Shown: one piece after another, positions 61,313-64,000 of the stretch
How the letters are laid out: each line of letters opens with the position of its first letter
Position numbering within the stretch: the stretch's first letter is position 1
NCBI GenBank assembly: GCA_963674595.2
Contig: CAXXFV010000001.1
Span: 32,001 to 96,000 of the forward strand
Source of the DNA: a bacterium
GTDB taxonomy: Bacteria > Zhuqueibacterota > Zhuqueibacteria > Residuimicrobiales > Krinioviventaceae
Direction: 5' to 3'
DNA length: 64,000 nucleotides
The notes under the pieces: generated by a model
Seen by the model: the letters and a program-made list of their open reading frames with translations, nothing else
Told to the model about the DNA's origin: nothing
The model's database searches: none
Translations under genes and position numbers: made by a program

Positions 61313-61830
61313 ATGTTTAAACTATCCTGTTGGGTGAGTCTGACTTTGTGCCTTATTCATGGTATTTGCGTCCAAGCCCAAAATTCCGAATGGAATAGCT
61401 TTACGGCAGGGCCGGTAATTTCTCTGGCGGATGAAGAGAATAACATTTGGGTTGGGACTTCAGGAGGGTTTATATAAATTTAACAAATCCTCCAAAGAAT
61501 TGATTTTTTTATAACAGAGCAAATTCTGGTCTATATGGATATTACGTTAGTTCCCTGGCAATAGGCAAAGATGGGGAAATTTGGATTGGCACCTGGAACT
61601 GTGGTCTCACAAAATATGACGGAACAAATTGGACTCGCTATACAACAGTGGATTCTGATTTACCCTCAAATGATGTCAATGCAATAGCAATTGATGACAG
61701 TGGTAATGTATGGATTGGTACAATGCGGGGATTAGCAAAATTTAATGGTAAAGATTGGACAATATATAACGCATCCAACTCTCCCTTGACTAGCAGTAAT
61801 ATACAATGTATTGCCATTGATAAAAGTTGA
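61313..61830 (+). pseudogene. Frameshifted and truncated secreted beta-propeller (two-component regulator propeller repeat) gene
   Basis: AAGGAG RBS, ATG 61313 and signal peptide; repeats NIWVGT, EIWIGT, NVWIGT lie in different frames (shifts at T runs 61469-61471 and 61504-61510); stop after IAIDKS. Confidence 0.75.
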
Positions 61831-61859
61831 AAAAAGAAAATTGATATTTTTATTACAAA
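61830..61859 (+). repeat. 30-bp direct repeat, copy 1
   Basis: AAAAAAGAAAATTGATATTTTTATTACAAA, identical to 63306-63335. Confidence 0.85.
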
Positions 61860-61942
61860 GGAGTTGAAGTCTATATTTAAAAGCAGCCATTTTTTGTTCT
61901 GAAATGAATAAAACACTATATAATGATTGAAGGAGATTATCA

Positions 61943-63228
61943 ATGAGGATTTATTTTCTTTTATTTTTTGTATTCCTTTTTAGCGAAAGGATAAAGGCAC
62001 AGGAAGAAGTATGGACAACTTTTAATAGCTCTAATAGTATTCTTTATGACAGTGTATGGGATACACTTGCAGATAGCAGTGGAAATGTGTGGTTCAATTC
62101 TGCCAAGTTTGATGGGTCCAATAAATATTATTTTAAACTCACAATGTTCGATAATCCAAAATGGATATTATATGATAGCAGTTATGCAAGTTGCAAACGT
62201 ATTCCAATGGCGGTTGATACAAGCGGAGCTGTTTGGTTCGGAGGTTTTAATTGGGTTTCAATTTTGATGGGGCTAATTGGAAATTACTAGATCATACTAA
62301 TAGTGAACTTGTTGAATATCGTGTTAATTATATTACTATTGATAAATATAATCAAAAATGGTTTGGTTACATAGCGAGTAATGTCTATGATAAAGGTGGA
62401 ATATCCGTATTTAATGATACTACCTGGCAACACTATAATCAATATACCAGTGGCTTGAAAGATAATTACGTTAGTTCCATAGTCATTGATAATCTTGATA
62501 ATGTATGGGTCGGATGTAACTATAATTTGTATTTCTTTGATGGAATCGATTGGCAAAAATCCAGTGTGGCCGCAAATCCCGAAATAATTGATAAAGAAAA
62601 TAAAATATGGTTTACAACAGAAAAAGGTGTGAGTGTCTACGACGGACTTGAGTGGATACATTATGATAGCTCCAATAGTATTTTAAATGGAAAATATTAC
62701 ACCGATATTTTAGTTGATCATACAAATAATAAATGGGTGGCAACCCGGAATGGCGTCTATATGTTTGATAATGATACATGGAAACATTATGTCCCGTCAA
62801 ATAGCGGTTTGGTAAACAAAATTGTTTTTTCAATTACTGAAGATAAGGATAACAATCTCTGGTTTGCTACTAACGGCGGAGCTTGCAGACTCAGTTTTAC
62901 AGGAACCGGTGTCAATCAAAACAACAATTCATATTCAATCAAGGGGAAGAATTATATCCTACTGCAAAACTATCCCAATCCATTTAATTCGCAAACGAAA
63001 ATTTCATTCTCTATCAATCAGGGAGGAATTGTAAAATTGACCATTTATAACATAACCGGTCAATTAATCAAACAACTGGTCAACGAACACAAAGTCCCGG
63101 GCGTTTTTAAAACAGTCTGGGACGGAACAGATAATTATGGCCGTACGGTTTCCAGCGGAATCTATTTCTACACACTAACTATTGACGACCGGATTTTAGA
63201 AACGAAAAAGTTGACTTTATTAAAATGA
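61943..63228 (+). pseudogene. Secreted beta-propeller protein with C-terminal FlgD/T9SS-like sorting domain, split by a 1-nt frameshift near 62262-62265
   Basis: Signal peptide; xxWFG...FDGxxW repeats in both ORFs; adding one T gives WVSIFDGANW; C-terminal LLQNYPNPFN...WDGTD..G..VSSGIYFY. Confidence 0.8.
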
Positions 63229-63305
63229 TACAATGTATCGAATGAATTGTCAAAATCTAACTTTTACCAGGATGGCATTCTTACACCATTTTGATAAAAG
63301 ATATA

Positions 63306-63335
63306 AAAAAAGAAAATTGATATTTTTATTACAAA
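63306..63335 (+). repeat. 30-bp direct repeat, copy 2
   Basis: Identical to 61830-61859. Confidence 0.85.
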
Positions 63336-63435
63336 AAGATTTGATGCTTATGCTAATCGTTAGAGTCTTTTTGCTGACAGGTTCTATTATGCTTAACAGT
63401 AGGTATATGTTAAAATTAAGATTGGAGAATTAGTT

Positions 63436-64000
63436 ATGTGTTTAAAAAGTAAGCAATTGTTACTATTGTGTTTAATCTTTTTGGCGATTCATGTTCTTCA
63501 ATTATATGGTCAGGAGAATTGGTTTTGTCAAAATAGCGGTACTACTGAAAACCTGAATGATGTTGTTTTCGCTGATTCGCTAACAGGATGGGCAGTTGGC
63601 AACAATGGTGTGATAGTGGCCACAACAAATGGTGGAGATGACTGGCTATTGCAAGAGAGCGATACACACGCACAATTACAGTCTGTGTGCTTTGTAGATA
63701 AAGATAATGGCTGGATTGCAGGTTATGACGGGACTGTCTTAAAAACTGTAAATGGTGGTAATAGATGGGAAAAAATCAATTTCCCACAAACAGGTCGTTT
63801 ATATTCAAACCATTTTATCAGCCCTGATACCGGCTGGGTATCTGGTGAAAGTGAATACATTTATAAAACGGTCGATGCCGGAGAAAGTTGGCAAAAACAG
63901 GTAAACAGATGCTAACACAGAATATATTTTACGTTTTCATTCGATTTATTTCATTAATTCCAAAATTGGCTGGGCCGCTGGAGGCAACTACTATTATACT
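63436..64000 (+). pseudogene. Secreted YCF48/BNR-repeat protein, frameshifted at 63903-63905 and running off the window
   Basis: GWAVG...TTNGGDDW repeats; after the apparent stop at 63915 another frame continues DANTEYILRFHSIYFINSKIGWAAGG. Confidence 0.75.

Noticed and set aside
61830-63335. 30-bp repeats as a CRISPR array or IS ends
   Set aside because: Only two direct copies about 1.5 kb apart, with no spacers, cas genes or transposase.
63255-63365. Integron attC site (ATCTAAC ... GTTAGAG) between propeller genes
   Set aside because: The right core does not fit GTTRRRY, the interior does not pair end to end, and there is no integrase in the window.
1184-63433. Numerous short antisense or overlapping ORFs in the six-frame track (e.g. 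23827-24252, 27374-27808, 55515-55949, 59688-59992, 63233-63433)
   Set aside because: They shadow well-supported genes or lie in intergenic DNA, with no recognisable motifs or convincing RBS.

Overview
AT-rich bacterial chromosome segment, probably from an anaerobic FCB-group organism such as KSB1 or Calditrichota. That placement is inferred from QNYPNPFN...GIYFY C-terminal sorting domains, a flavodiiron protein, LarA and an archaeal-type homocysteine pathway. It is mostly housekeeping and metabolic: a partial trehalase, a COG2122-asd-DUF39 homocysteine operon, ampG-namZ, iscSU, a 2-oxoacid dehydrogenase operon with two E1 enzymes plus thyX/lipA/def, glucokinase/ackA, the his operon and a signalling triad. 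The right end is accessory: two glycoside hydrolase-like genes, an XRE regulator, a metacaspase and a frameshifted array of secreted beta-propeller genes. The strongest signal is absent from the ORF track: a Met-rich leader peptide (4721-4807) with protector, antiterminator and terminator helices. It looks like a methionine-sensing, ribosome-dependent transcription attenuator upstream of the aspartate-semialdehyde sulfurtransferase operon. A classical His attenuator (36093-36232) shows the same mechanism is used in this genome. No rRNA, tRNA, CRISPR array or transposase was seen. All product calls come from motif recognition by eye, not database searches.
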